From contig OMJK01000068.1 in the NCBI GenBank assembly GCA_900299325.1, forward strand, positions 1-51,536: DNA of 51,536 bases, read 5' to 3'. The stretch is from Nitrospiraceae bacterium (GTDB lineage: Bacteria > Nitrospirota > Nitrospiria > Nitrospirales > Nitrospiraceae). Below, in pieces: positions 27,434 to 39,554 of this stretch; within the stretch, counting starts at the first letter, position 1, and each line of letters begins with the position of its first letter. The notes under the pieces were generated by a model that was not told the origin of the DNA, ran no database searches, and saw only the letters and a list, made by a program, of their open reading frames with translations. A program made the position numbers and the translations under genes.

Positions 27434-28744
27434 GTGGGTGATTTGATTGGGCAAGCACTCGACATCGGATGGCCGGCGCTGGCGCTGCTCGTCGGTCTGC
27501 TGGTCTACTTCCAGGTTTCGATCAAGGATCCGGTCGCCAAGAAGCGTGCAACGTTCAAAACCTTCATCGGCATCATCGCCGCGGTGATGCTCTTCATCGC
27601 GATCGCCAACTACAAGGAAAACTTCTACGGCGAAAACCGGTTGTTGCCGGTTTCGCTGGTCATGATCACCTCGCTGGCGTTCATGATGGGTATTTACTTC
27701 ACGAACCTGGCCGCGCTGCTGAAGATCGGCGGGTTCATGTTCTTCGTGGCCGCGGCCTTGTCCGGCTACGGGAACTGGCTGCCGCAGGTCGAAGGCGGAT
27801 TTCCCCCGAAGGAAGAGAAGCTCGACTTCAGCTCGATGACGCCGCAGCAGCTGGCCGACGAAGGCGAAAAGATCATCTTCGGCGGCATCGGTCAAAATAA
27901 GGTGCAGGGCGCGATCGGCAAAGGCCAGTGTCCGCTGTGCCACGCGTTCCATGCCGGCATGCTCGGTGAGCGTGCGCCCAACCTGCTCGGTCTGCCGGAG
28001 CGCGCCGGGAAAGAGCGTATCGAAGATCCGAAATACCACAAAGGTGAACCGGCTAAACGCGAATATGCCGACAAGGAAGCCTGTCCTGGTTGCGGAACGG
28101 CCACCACGGCTCAGGAATATATTGCGGAATCGCATTCCTGCCCGAGTTGCTATGTGGTGTCGGGTTACGGCGTGAAGGGCACGAACGATAAAGAAAGTCC
28201 GATGCCTAAGATCCATAAGCCACCGATCTCGCTCTCGCTGCCGGAGTTGGCGGCGGTCGACACCTGGCTCTATGTCCGCGAAGGACGGGAAGCGCCGTCG
28301 TTCGAGGAAATTACGAAGTCGTACGAAAAATTCATTCCGGAAGCCGACCGTCCGAAGATGACGGAAGACAAGCCGGCGGTGGCCGGGGCGCTTCTGGCCG
28401 ACGGCTCCGAGCCGGTCGATCAGATCTTCGCGAAAGCGCAGTGCGTGTCCTGTCACACGATCCCGGGTATTCCGGGCGCGACGGGCACGATCGGTCCCAA
28501 ACTGGTCGAGGGCACGAATGCGCCGACCCGTATCAAGGACAAGGACTACAAGGGGACAGCGAAATCAACTCCTGAGTACATCATGGAGTCCGTCGTTTCC
28601 CCCAGCACCTACGTCGTGAAGCCGTTCCCGGATAACACGATGCCGAAGGTTTTTGGTCAAAAGCTCAGTGCAGGCGCGCTCAAGAAGATCGTGGACTATC
28701 TGTCCAACGTCTACGAAGGCAAGGAGCCTCCGAAGATCTCGTAA
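27434..28744 (+). CDS. Membrane-bound di-heme cytochrome c
   Basis: About 4 N-terminal TM; CPLCH and CVSCH; duplicated EYI.ES...PS.YVV...MP; GGAGG RBS. Confidence 0.88.
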   Translation: MGDLIGQALDIGWPALALLVGLLVYFQVSIKDPVAKKRATFKTFIGIIAAVMLFIAIANYKENFYGENRLLPVSLVMITSLAFMMGIYFTNLAALLKIGGFMFFVAAALSGYGNWLPQVEGGFPPKEEKLDFSSMTPQQLADEGEKIIFGGIGQNKVQGAIGKGQCPLCHAFHAGMLGERAPNLLGLPERAGKERIEDPKYHKGEPAKREYADKEACPGCGTATTAQEYIAESHSCPSCYVVSGYGVKGTNDKESPMPKIHKPPISLSLPELAAVDTWLYVREGREAPSFEEITKSYEKFIPEADRPKMTEDKPAVAGALLADGSEPVDQIFAKAQCVSCHTIPGIPGATGTIGPKLVEGTNAPTRIKDKDYKGTAKSTPEYIMESVVSPSTYVVKPFPDNTMPKVFGQKLSAGALKKIVDYLSNVYEGKEPPKIS

Positions 28745-28784
28745 GCGGCGCCGTGAATCTATTTAGACCAAAGGGAGTGCACCT

Positions 28785-29822
28785 ATGAAAGGATTGATGA
28801 CAGTCGGCGCGGCGGTCGGAGCAATCGGATTGCTCCTGCTGGTCGGGATGATCTTCGACATCGTCCCGTCGAACACCGTGCGCTTAGTCGAAGGCTACAT
28901 GCCGATGCAGATGCTCTTTGAGTTGGCCTGCTTCGTGGCAGGCTTTACGGGGTTGAGTTACACGCTGAACGCGATGGGCAAGGGGATTCCACGGTTTGTG
29001 CAGGGAGTCGCCTTCTGGGCGTTCATCCTGCTGTACCTCAAGTTCCGCGTGTATCCTCCTATTCCCTTCAGCGTTCGCGCCATGTACGGCACCGTGTCAC
29101 TCGTTGCGGTGTTTATGTGGATGTCGGCGAACGAGGAAGATTGGAAGAAGTTCAAGCAGCCCATCATGAATGTGCTGGACGCGCAGAGCGGCCGCACCCG
29201 GCTGCTGAGAACCGCGTATCTGATCCTGCTGCCGATCTTGATCGGCGGGTTCTCCTACAATGCGATGAAGCCGAAGTCGGAAGAGCCGATCGAGTTGCGG
29301 ACCGTCCACCCGGCTCCTCCCGCCAGCACCAAGGTGCATGGCAAGACCTACGTGCTGCAGACCTCGCAGAATCCCTACCGTGTCAATCCGGAAGGGAAAT
29401 ACGACCAGGAATACAGCAACAAGCTGATCGTCGAGCAGTCCATGGGCCGCTTGATGGCGCCGAACGCCAATCCGTGGGACGACAAGAACCAGGGATATCT
29501 CAAGTACGTCCGGGAAGGCGGCGAGATCTTTTTCCAGAACTGCCACTTCTGTCACGGCGACAACCTGAACGGCCGCGGCCTGCATGCGTTTGCGTTCAAC
29601 CCGATTCCGGCGAACTTCACGGATCCGGGCACGATCGCGCAGCTGCAGGAGACATTCATTTTCTGGCGCGTGTCGAAGGGCGGGATTGGGTTGCCGAACG
29701 AGGGCTTCCCCTGGGCGTCCGTCATGCCGCCCTGGGAACAGCACCTGACGGTGGACGAAATCTGGAAAGTCATTCTGTTCGAATATTGGCACACGGGTTA
29801 CTACCCCAGGACCTGGGACTAA
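28785..29822 (+). CDS. Membrane-bound mono-heme cytochrome c
   Basis: N-terminal TM helices; CHFCH; distal MPPW. Confidence 0.88.
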   Translation: MKGLMTVGAAVGAIGLLLLVGMIFDIVPSNTVRLVEGYMPMQMLFELACFVAGFTGLSYTLNAMGKGIPRFVQGVAFWAFILLYLKFRVYPPIPFSVRAMYGTVSLVAVFMWMSANEEDWKKFKQPIMNVLDAQSGRTRLLRTAYLILLPILIGGFSYNAMKPKSEEPIELRTVHPAPPASTKVHGKTYVLQTSQNPYRVNPEGKYDQEYSNKLIVEQSMGRLMAPNANPWDDKNQGYLKYVREGGEIFFQNCHFCHGDNLNGRGLHAFAFNPIPANFTDPGTIAQLQETFIFWRVSKGGIGLPNEGFPWASVMPPWEQHLTVDEIWKVILFEYWHTGYYPRTWD

Positions 29823-29867
29823 TCGTCACCGGCGTCACGGATAACCTGGACCAACGAGAGGATAACC

Positions 29868-31646
29868 ATGAAGAATCAGTGGAATGTTAAACGAGCCGGG
29901 CTGATCCTGGCCGGCGTCTTCGGGCTGGTGCTGTGTTCAGCCGGCATCGCCGCCTGGACCTACGCCGCCGATGCGCTTCCCGAAGGGTTTAAGAAAGGCG
30001 ACCTTGCTCCAGAACCTCCGGCTGATATGATCGAGGCCGGAAAGCGGGTCTACTTTACCAAGTGCGTGTGGTGCCACGGTGTCGATGGCGCGGGCGACGG
30101 GCCCGGTGCCGATCGGCTGTGGCCGCGCCCCCGGAATTTCAACCAGGGGACGTTCAAGATTCGTCACACAGCGAGCGGCGAGTTGCCGCTGTTCGACGCG
30201 AAAAAGCCGACTCCCGGCCAGAACGACCTGTTCGAAACCGTGACGCACGGCTTGCCCGGATCGGCGATGCCGTCCTGGGAAGGTATTCTGACCGAAGAGC
30301 AGCGGTTGCAAGTGCTGTCCTTCGTGACTACTCAGCTGGTGAAGGACCGGAAGTTTACCGACAAGCAGTCGGAAACGCAGACCATCCTACAGCTGGCCGA
30401 TCTGAAACCGAAGGCGGCGTCCGACGAAAGCAAGAAGCGCGGATCCGAGCTGATCGTTGAAAAGAAGTGCATCGAGTGTCACGGCATGGAAGGCCGCGGC
30501 GACGGCAATGCCTTCAATCTGAAAGACGACTGGGGCTTTGCCATCCAGCCGGCCAACTGGCACAAGTGTTGGAACTTCAGAGGGAGCCGCCAGGATCCGT
30601 ATAGCGTGAAGAACATTTTCCGCACCTTCTCGACCGGTGTGAACGGCACGCCGATGCCGTCATTCGCCGACAGCACCAGCGTCGACGAGCGGTGGGACAT
30701 TGCGAACTTCGTCAACTCGCTCTGCGAACGGGATGCCGAAGGCAATCCGCTGCCGATCGATCCGTTGACGGACAAGCCGAAAATCAATTTCGTGCTGCCC
30801 GGCAAGGCGGTGGAAGGCGAAATTTCGAACGATCCCGAAAATGAGATGTGGAAGAGCACGCCGCGACGCTACGTCGCAATGGGCGGCCAGATCACCCACA
30901 AGCCGAGAAATTTCGTCAATCGTCTCGATGATATCTGGGTGAAGGTTCTCTATAACGACAAGAGTGTGGTCTATCTCTTGGAGTGGGACGACCGGACCAA
31001 GAGCGTCGCCGAAGGCAAACTGCCGTGGAAACCGACGCAGGTCAATGTGGATGTGAAAGAGCAGGATCCCAAGACCGGCGAAGAAGGATCCATTGCGGCG
31101 AATCAGAACAAGTACGCCGTGTACAACGACGCCATCGCCATGGAAACTCCGGTCAAGTGGCAGGAGTTGCCGGCTCCCATTAAGCCGCGGTATCTCTTCG
31201 GGACAAACGATCAGTTCCCCGTGGATATCGTGAAGTGGGAAGCGGACGGATCCATCCGGGCCTTCAAGGGCACCGGGTGGGACAAGGATTTCGAAGAGCG
31301 CGACACCTATGAAGAGAATCTCAAGGTGTTGAAGAGCGAATGGAAGAACGGCCGGTGGTATGTCATGATTCAGCGCCCGCTTGGCAACAAGAAGGAGCAG
31401 GATTACGACGAGGACACGTTCTTCGAGGGTGGGAAGTACGTTCCGACCGTCTTCTTCGCGTGGGACGGGCACAACGGCGATGCGGGCCGGAAGATGGCCG
31501 TGTCGGCCTTCTACTACACCTTCCTGGAGCCGCCGATTCCGAGGGAGACCTACATCTACCCGCTCTTTATCGCGGGTGGTGTGGTGATCCTCGAAGCATG
31601 GGTGCTCACGCGCCGGGCGAACAAGAAGAAGGGGAAGACGCTGTAA
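29868..31646 (+). CDS. Di-heme cytochrome c fused to an EB_dh (DMSO reductase type II gamma-like) domain; alternative NxrC candidate
   Basis: CVWCH, CIECH, PRPRNF, GTPMPSF; LLEWDD, FFAWDG..GRK of the EB_dh domain; C-terminal TM anchor. Confidence 0.82.
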   Translation: MKNQWNVKRAGLILAGVFGLVLCSAGIAAWTYAADALPEGFKKGDLAPEPPADMIEAGKRVYFTKCVWCHGVDGAGDGPGADRLWPRPRNFNQGTFKIRHTASGELPLFDAKKPTPGQNDLFETVTHGLPGSAMPSWEGILTEEQRLQVLSFVTTQLVKDRKFTDKQSETQTILQLADLKPKAASDESKKRGSELIVEKKCIECHGMEGRGDGNAFNLKDDWGFAIQPANWHKCWNFRGSRQDPYSVKNIFRTFSTGVNGTPMPSFADSTSVDERWDIANFVNSLCERDAEGNPLPIDPLTDKPKINFVLPGKAVEGEISNDPENEMWKSTPRRYVAMGGQITHKPRNFVNRLDDIWVKVLYNDKSVVYLLEWDDRTKSVAEGKLPWKPTQVNVDVKEQDPKTGEEGSIAANQNKYAVYNDAIAMETPVKWQELPAPIKPRYLFGTNDQFPVDIVKWEADGSIRAFKGTGWDKDFEERDTYEENLKVLKSEWKNGRWYVMIQRPLGNKKEQDYDEDTFFEGGKYVPTVFFAWDGHNGDAGRKMAVSAFYYTFLEPPIPRETYIYPLFIAGGVVILEAWVLTRRANKKKGKTL

Positions 31647-31680
31647 CCTTCTTCGCGCGCCTGCAGTGAATGCATACTGG

Positions 31681-31716
31681 AGGGGGTGGGGTCAAACCCA
31701 CCCCCTTCGCATTTCT
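31681..31716 (+). terminator. Hairpin, probable terminator ending the cytochrome operon
   Basis: AGGGGGTGGG-GTCAAA-CCCACCCCCT perfect 10-bp stem; weak T tract. Confidence 0.65.
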
Positions 31717-31718
31717 GG

Positions 31719-31844
31719 CCAGGCTGTTGAAAATGTCCGCTAGCGTCGTTCTCGTTTCGCGTGGAGGCTCAACGTACAAAAAACGTACGCCTTCGCCTCC
31801 TCGCTTACTGCGGCCTTGCTGATCGAACATTTTGAACAGCCTGG
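31719..31844. repeat. ~125 bp palindromic dispersed repeat (MITE/REP-like), copy 1
   Basis: Terminal IR CCAGGCTGTTGAAAATGT / ACATTTTGAACAGCCTGG; core shared with 49379..49501. Confidence 0.8.
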
Positions 31845-31873
31845 AAGATAGGACACATGGGCGAGGTTGTGCT

Positions 31874-32485
31874 GTGAAGGTCACCGGAGTGGTACTCGCC
31901 GGCGGTAAGAGCCGACGGATGGGAGAGGACAAGCGCTTCCTCACCGTTGGCACGGCGACGTTACTGGAGCGGTCGCTCTCCGTGATGAAGACGGCGTTTG
32001 ACGAGGTGCTCGTCGTCATTGCACAGGACAGCCTTCCGTTGCAGGCGGAAGGCTGCCGCGTTCTGCGGGATGCCATTGCCGATTGCGGAAGTTTGGGCGG
32101 ACTCTACACGGGGCTTCGCGCGGCAACACATGACCGGATCTTCGTCGTAGCCTGCGACATGCCGTTTCTGAATCACGAGATGATCAGATTTTTTGTGGAG
32201 CGGGATCCCTCGGCGGACATGGTGATGGCCTTGTTGCCGGACGGATTGCAGCCGCTGCATGCGGTTTATCACACGCGCACTCTGCCTGTGTTCGAACGGA
32301 TGGCGCACGCGCGCCGTTTGAAGATCCAGGACATTGTGTCCGATCCGGCGCTCCGCCCCGTCGTGTTGGAACCGGCGGCATGGAGGCATCTCGATCCGGC
32401 CAACCGGTCGTTTCAGAACGTCAACACCCCGGATGATCTGGCTGCCGCTCGGGCTGCGGTCAAGGCCGGGCCCGTATCGTTGTGA
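31874..32485 (+). CDS. mobA: Molybdenum cofactor guanylyltransferase
   Basis: VLAGGKSRRMGEDK, GSLGGLYTGL, VACDMPF, PLHAVY, FQNVNTPDDL. Confidence 0.93.
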   Translation: MKVTGVVLAGGKSRRMGEDKRFLTVGTATLLERSLSVMKTAFDEVLVVIAQDSLPLQAEGCRVLRDAIADCGSLGGLYTGLRAATHDRIFVVACDMPFLNHEMIRFFVERDPSADMVMALLPDGLQPLHAVYHTRTLPVFERMAHARRLKIQDIVSDPALRPVVLEPAAWRHLDPANRSFQNVNTPDDLAAARAAVKAGPVSL

Positions 32486-33501
32486 ATCACGACGAGACAC
32501 GGACCGTTCTGCTGATTCACCCGGGCGCACTGGGCGATATGCTGCTGGCTTTGCCGGCGATGCAGGCGCTCCGTGCCCGCTATCCCTCTCACCGCATGCT
32601 GCTCGTATCCCGGCCGGACATCGGCGGATTGCTTCACATGTGCCGGGCCATCGACGAATGGATCTCCATCGATTCGCAGGACCTCACTCGCCTGTTTGCC
32701 GGCGACCGAGCATTCTCGCCCGTATTTCAATCATGGCTGGACCGGTGCGATGTAGTGGTCGGATGGCTCCGGGACCATGACGGTGTCCTGCGTGAGACCT
32801 TGAGCAGGTCAGGTATTTTCCGGATTGTCATCGAGTCGCCTACGCCACAGCATACGGTGCACCAAAGCCGTCGATTTTTATCTGTTATGGATGAACTCGA
32901 TGCCAATACCAATACTAATCAGCCGGCCCTCCTCGCTCTGCCGGAGTCGGTGAAGCGGGTCGGTGTCGAACGGCTCGGTTCAATGGGTGTCGGGGACGTG
33001 CGGTCGATCGTGGTCTGTCATCCGGGAAGCGGGAGCCCAGCCAAATGTATCAGGCCGGATGTGATGGCGGAGGTGATTCGACAACTCGCGTACAGCGGGA
33101 TGCAACCTGTCATCGTCGGTGGGCCGGCGGACGACGAACTCGTGCAACAGGTCATCGCGTGTGGACTGCAGAACGTGGCGGTTCTCCGTCATCAACCGCT
33201 CGATGTGCTGGCCGGGGTTTTGTCGGAGGCGGCGTTGTTCGTCGGCCACGATTCCGGCGTCACGCATCTGGCCGCTGCCATCGGTATTCCGACCCTCGCG
33301 TTCTTTGGCCCGACGGATCCGTGCCAATGGGCGCCACAGGGCAGGCATGTGACGGTGGTGTCCGGAAGGCCGTGTGAATGTATAGGTTGGGAGCAGGTTC
33401 TGGCCTGTTCAAACAGGCCCTGTCTCTCGATCTCAGCCGACACCATTATAAAGGTAGCGATCGCACTGATAGCCCGCTACCAATCGGTAACAAAATCGTA
33501 G
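32482..33501 (+). CDS. Glycosyltransferase family 9 (heptosyltransferase-like)
   Basis: GALGDML, HPGSG, FVGHDSGVTHLAAA, FGPTDP..WAP. Confidence 0.9.
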   Translation: MNHDETRTVLLIHPGALGDMLLALPAMQALRARYPSHRMLLVSRPDIGGLLHMCRAIDEWISIDSQDLTRLFAGDRAFSPVFQSWLDRCDVVVGWLRDHDGVLRETLSRSGIFRIVIESPTPQHTVHQSRRFLSVMDELDANTNTNQPALLALPESVKRVGVERLGSMGVGDVRSIVVCHPGSGSPAKCIRPDVMAEVIRQLAYSGMQPVIVGGPADDELVQQVIACGLQNVAVLRHQPLDVLAGVLSEAALFVGHDSGVTHLAAAIGIPTLAFFGPTDPCQWAPQGRHVTVVSGRPCECIGWEQVLACSNRPCLSISADTIIKVAIALIARYQSVTKS

Positions 33502-33582
33502 CCGTCACCTTGTTACTCGCCCTGCCGTATGATACAGTCCATGATTGTTTTTCCCTTTCCAACTAACGACTTAGGAGATTTG

Positions 33583-36823
<3,241 letters not shown>

Positions 36824-36852
36824 CCGGGTCGAGGCAAAGGGGTTACCGCGCT

Positions 36853-38496
36853 ATGAAAAAAGTCGGAGGACGGTTGGCAGCGCTCGCGCTTGTGGTCGTC
36901 GTGTCGGTCATTTTCTTTCTCCCGTCGTACAAGCCGCTCTATCAGTCGCTGCCCGATTGGGCGCGCAAAGTGTTGCCGGACAAGGGTATTACGCTGGGGT
37001 TGGACCTGCAGGGCGGCATCCATCTCGTGATGGAAGTGGATGAGGATCGGGCGGTGGAGATTGCAGTCGACCGTACGGTCGTCTCGCTCCAGGACATGCT
37101 GGTGGACAAAAAGATCCCGGCCGAGTCGGTCAAGCGGACGGCGTCGCATCAGGTCACCATCCAGTTTGCGAATGCGGACCTCAAGGCGCAGATCCAGAAG
37201 CTGCTCGACGAATATCCCACGTTCTTCGAGGTCGAAGGAGCCGGTTCCGCCAACAGTCTGGTATGGGAGCTGCGCGACACGGAGATCAAGCGCATCAAAG
37301 ACTCGGCCATCAATCAGGCGCTGGAGACTATCCGGAACCGGATCGACCAGTTAGGCGTGGCGGAGCCGTTGGTGCAGCGGCAGGGCTTGAAGCAGATCGT
37401 CGTCCAGTTGCCCGGCGTCAAGGAGCCGAAGCGCGCCAAGGACCTGATCAAGGAAACGGCGCTGCTCGAATTCAAGATGCTCGACGAAGACAATCAGATG
37501 AAGATGGATTTTCCCGCCCGGATTCCCAAGGAGAAAGAAGCCGAGACGCTGAAGCAGTTCGAGACCAAGATTCCGGAAGGCGACCAGATTCTCTTCGAGC
37601 GTCTGGTGGACAAAGACACGGGCCGCGAGTTCCGCATTCCGTTTCTCGTCAAGAAGCGGGTGATGCTCACCGGCGACGTGCTCAGCGACGCGCGGGTGTC
37701 GATCGGCCAGTTCAACGATCCCTACGTGTCCATCTCGTTCGACGGCAAGGGCGGCCGTGAGTTCGAGCGGATCACCGGCGACAACGTGAAGAAGCGCATG
37801 GCGATCGTGCTGGACAACACGATCTATTCGGCGCCGGTCATTCAGGAGCGGATCACGGGCGGCCGGGCGCAGATTACCGGCACCTTTACGACGCAGGAGG
37901 CGAACGATCTCGCCATCGTGCTGCGCGCCGGCGCGCTCCCGGCTCCGCTCAAGATCATTCAGGATCTGACCGTCGGCCCGTCGCTGGGCCAGGATTCGAT
38001 CGACAAGGGCGTGCAGTCGACGCTGTTCGCCGGCGCAATGGTCGTGGCCTTCATGATCATCTATTACCGGATGTCCGGCTCCATCGCGGACTTCGCGCTG
38101 GTGCTGAACCTCGTCTGTCTGCTCGGCGCCCTGTCGGCGCTGAACGCGACGCTGACGTTGCCGGGCATCGCCGGCATCGTGCTGACCATCGGCATGGGCG
38201 TCGACTCCAACGTGCTGATCTTCGAGCGCATCCGCGAGGAACTGCGGCAGGGCAAGCCGGTGCGCCTGGCGGTGGACGGCGGCTACGACAAGGCGCTGCT
38301 GACCATCATCGACTCGCACGTCACGACGTTGATTACCGGCGTGGCCCTGTTTCTCTTCGGGACGGGACCGATCAAGGGGTTTGCCGTGACGCTGTGCCTG
38401 GGCATCGCCATCAACCTGTTTACCGCCCTGGTCGGAACCAAAGTGATTTTCGATCTGTTCAATCAACGGCAGAAAGTGGAGACGCTGAGCATTTAG
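36853..38496 (+). CDS. secD: Protein translocase subunit SecD
   Basis: LGLDLQGG, RIDQLGVAEP, LRAGALPA, GPSLG, DSNVLIFERIREE. Confidence 0.97.
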   Translation: MKKVGGRLAALALVVVVSVIFFLPSYKPLYQSLPDWARKVLPDKGITLGLDLQGGIHLVMEVDEDRAVEIAVDRTVVSLQDMLVDKKIPAESVKRTASHQVTIQFANADLKAQIQKLLDEYPTFFEVEGAGSANSLVWELRDTEIKRIKDSAINQALETIRNRIDQLGVAEPLVQRQGLKQIVVQLPGVKEPKRAKDLIKETALLEFKMLDEDNQMKMDFPARIPKEKEAETLKQFETKIPEGDQILFERLVDKDTGREFRIPFLVKKRVMLTGDVLSDARVSIGQFNDPYVSISFDGKGGREFERITGDNVKKRMAIVLDNTIYSAPVIQERITGGRAQITGTFTTQEANDLAIVLRAGALPAPLKIIQDLTVGPSLGQDSIDKGVQSTLFAGAMVVAFMIIYYRMSGSIADFALVLNLVCLLGALSALNATLTLPGIAGIVLTIGMGVDSNVLIFERIREELRQGKPVRLAVDGGYDKALLTIIDSHVTTLITGVALFLFGTGPIKGFAVTLCLGIAINLFTALVGTKVIFDLFNQRQKVETLSI

Positions 38497-38552
38497 CACG
38501 AAGCTGCTGGCTGATCGCTAATAGCCGATGGCTCAGAAAAGGGAGCGCGCGC

Positions 38553-39470
38553 ATGTTAGAGATTCTGGGAAAAACCAACATCGATTTTATGGGCAAGCGC
38601 AAGTATGCCTTTGTGTTCTCGGGCATCATGGTGTTGCTCGGCCTGATCGCCGTTGTGCAGATTGCCAGAGGATCGGCCAATCTCGGGATCGACTTCGCCG
38701 GCGGCACGGCCGTGCAGTTGAAGTTTGATCAGCCGATTCACATCCAGGAGGCGCGCAAGGCGCTGGATGCCAACGGTGTGACCAACGCCGAACTCCAGGA
38801 ATTCGGTCAGGACAACAAGCTGCTTGTTCGCGTGAAAACCTCAACGACGATCGAGGAAAAAACCGCGGAACGCGTCGTCGCCGTGTTTACGAAGGAGTTT
38901 CCCAATAACCATTTCGTCATCGACGCCACCACGGAGATCGGGCCGACCATCGGCAAGAAGCTGCAGGAAGACGCGCTGATCGCCATCGTCATTTCGTTTG
39001 CCGGCATCATTCTCTACATCGCTGCGCGGTTCGAGTTGCGGTTCGGCGTGGCTGCGGCCCTGGCGACGTTCCACGACGTGCTGGCGGTGCTCGGCGCGTT
39101 CTACGTCCTCGACAAGGAGATCACACTGCTCGTCGTCACGGCCCTGCTGACGCTGGCCGGCTATTCGCTGACCGATACGGTCGTGGTGTTCGACCGGATC
39201 CGGGAGAATCTCCGCCTGCGTCGCCGCGACACGGAAGAAGCGACGATCAACAACGCGGTCAATCAGGTGTTGAGCCGGACCATCGTCACCAGCCTCACGG
39301 TCGTGCTCGTGTTGATTCCCTTGACGCTGGCCGGCGGCGAAGTGCTGCACGATTTCTCGCTGGCGCTGCTCGGTGGCGTGATCTTCGGGACCTATTCGTC
39401 GGTGTTTGTGGCCAGTCCGCTCCTGTTGATCTGGCCCGGCGCGCCGGGCCGTCTGCTGAAGCGCAGCTAG
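38553..39470 (+). CDS. secF: Protein translocase subunit SecF
   Basis: IDFMG, LGIDFAGG, HDV, GYSLTDTVVVFDRIRE, GTYSSVF. Confidence 0.96.
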   Translation: MLEILGKTNIDFMGKRKYAFVFSGIMVLLGLIAVVQIARGSANLGIDFAGGTAVQLKFDQPIHIQEARKALDANGVTNAELQEFGQDNKLLVRVKTSTTIEEKTAERVVAVFTKEFPNNHFVIDATTEIGPTIGKKLQEDALIAIVISFAGIILYIAARFELRFGVAAALATFHDVLAVLGAFYVLDKEITLLVVTALLTLAGYSLTDTVVVFDRIRENLRLRRRDTEEATINNAVNQVLSRTIVTSLTVVLVLIPLTLAGGEVLHDFSLALLGGVIFGTYSSVFVASPLLLIWPGAPGRLLKRS

Positions 39471-39554
39471 CCGGACAGTGACAGAACGCCGCCTCGCGCC
39501 GTACGGCCAGTCGATCCGGACGCGTTGCGATCCACGGTGTCTTGGGACGCAGCC

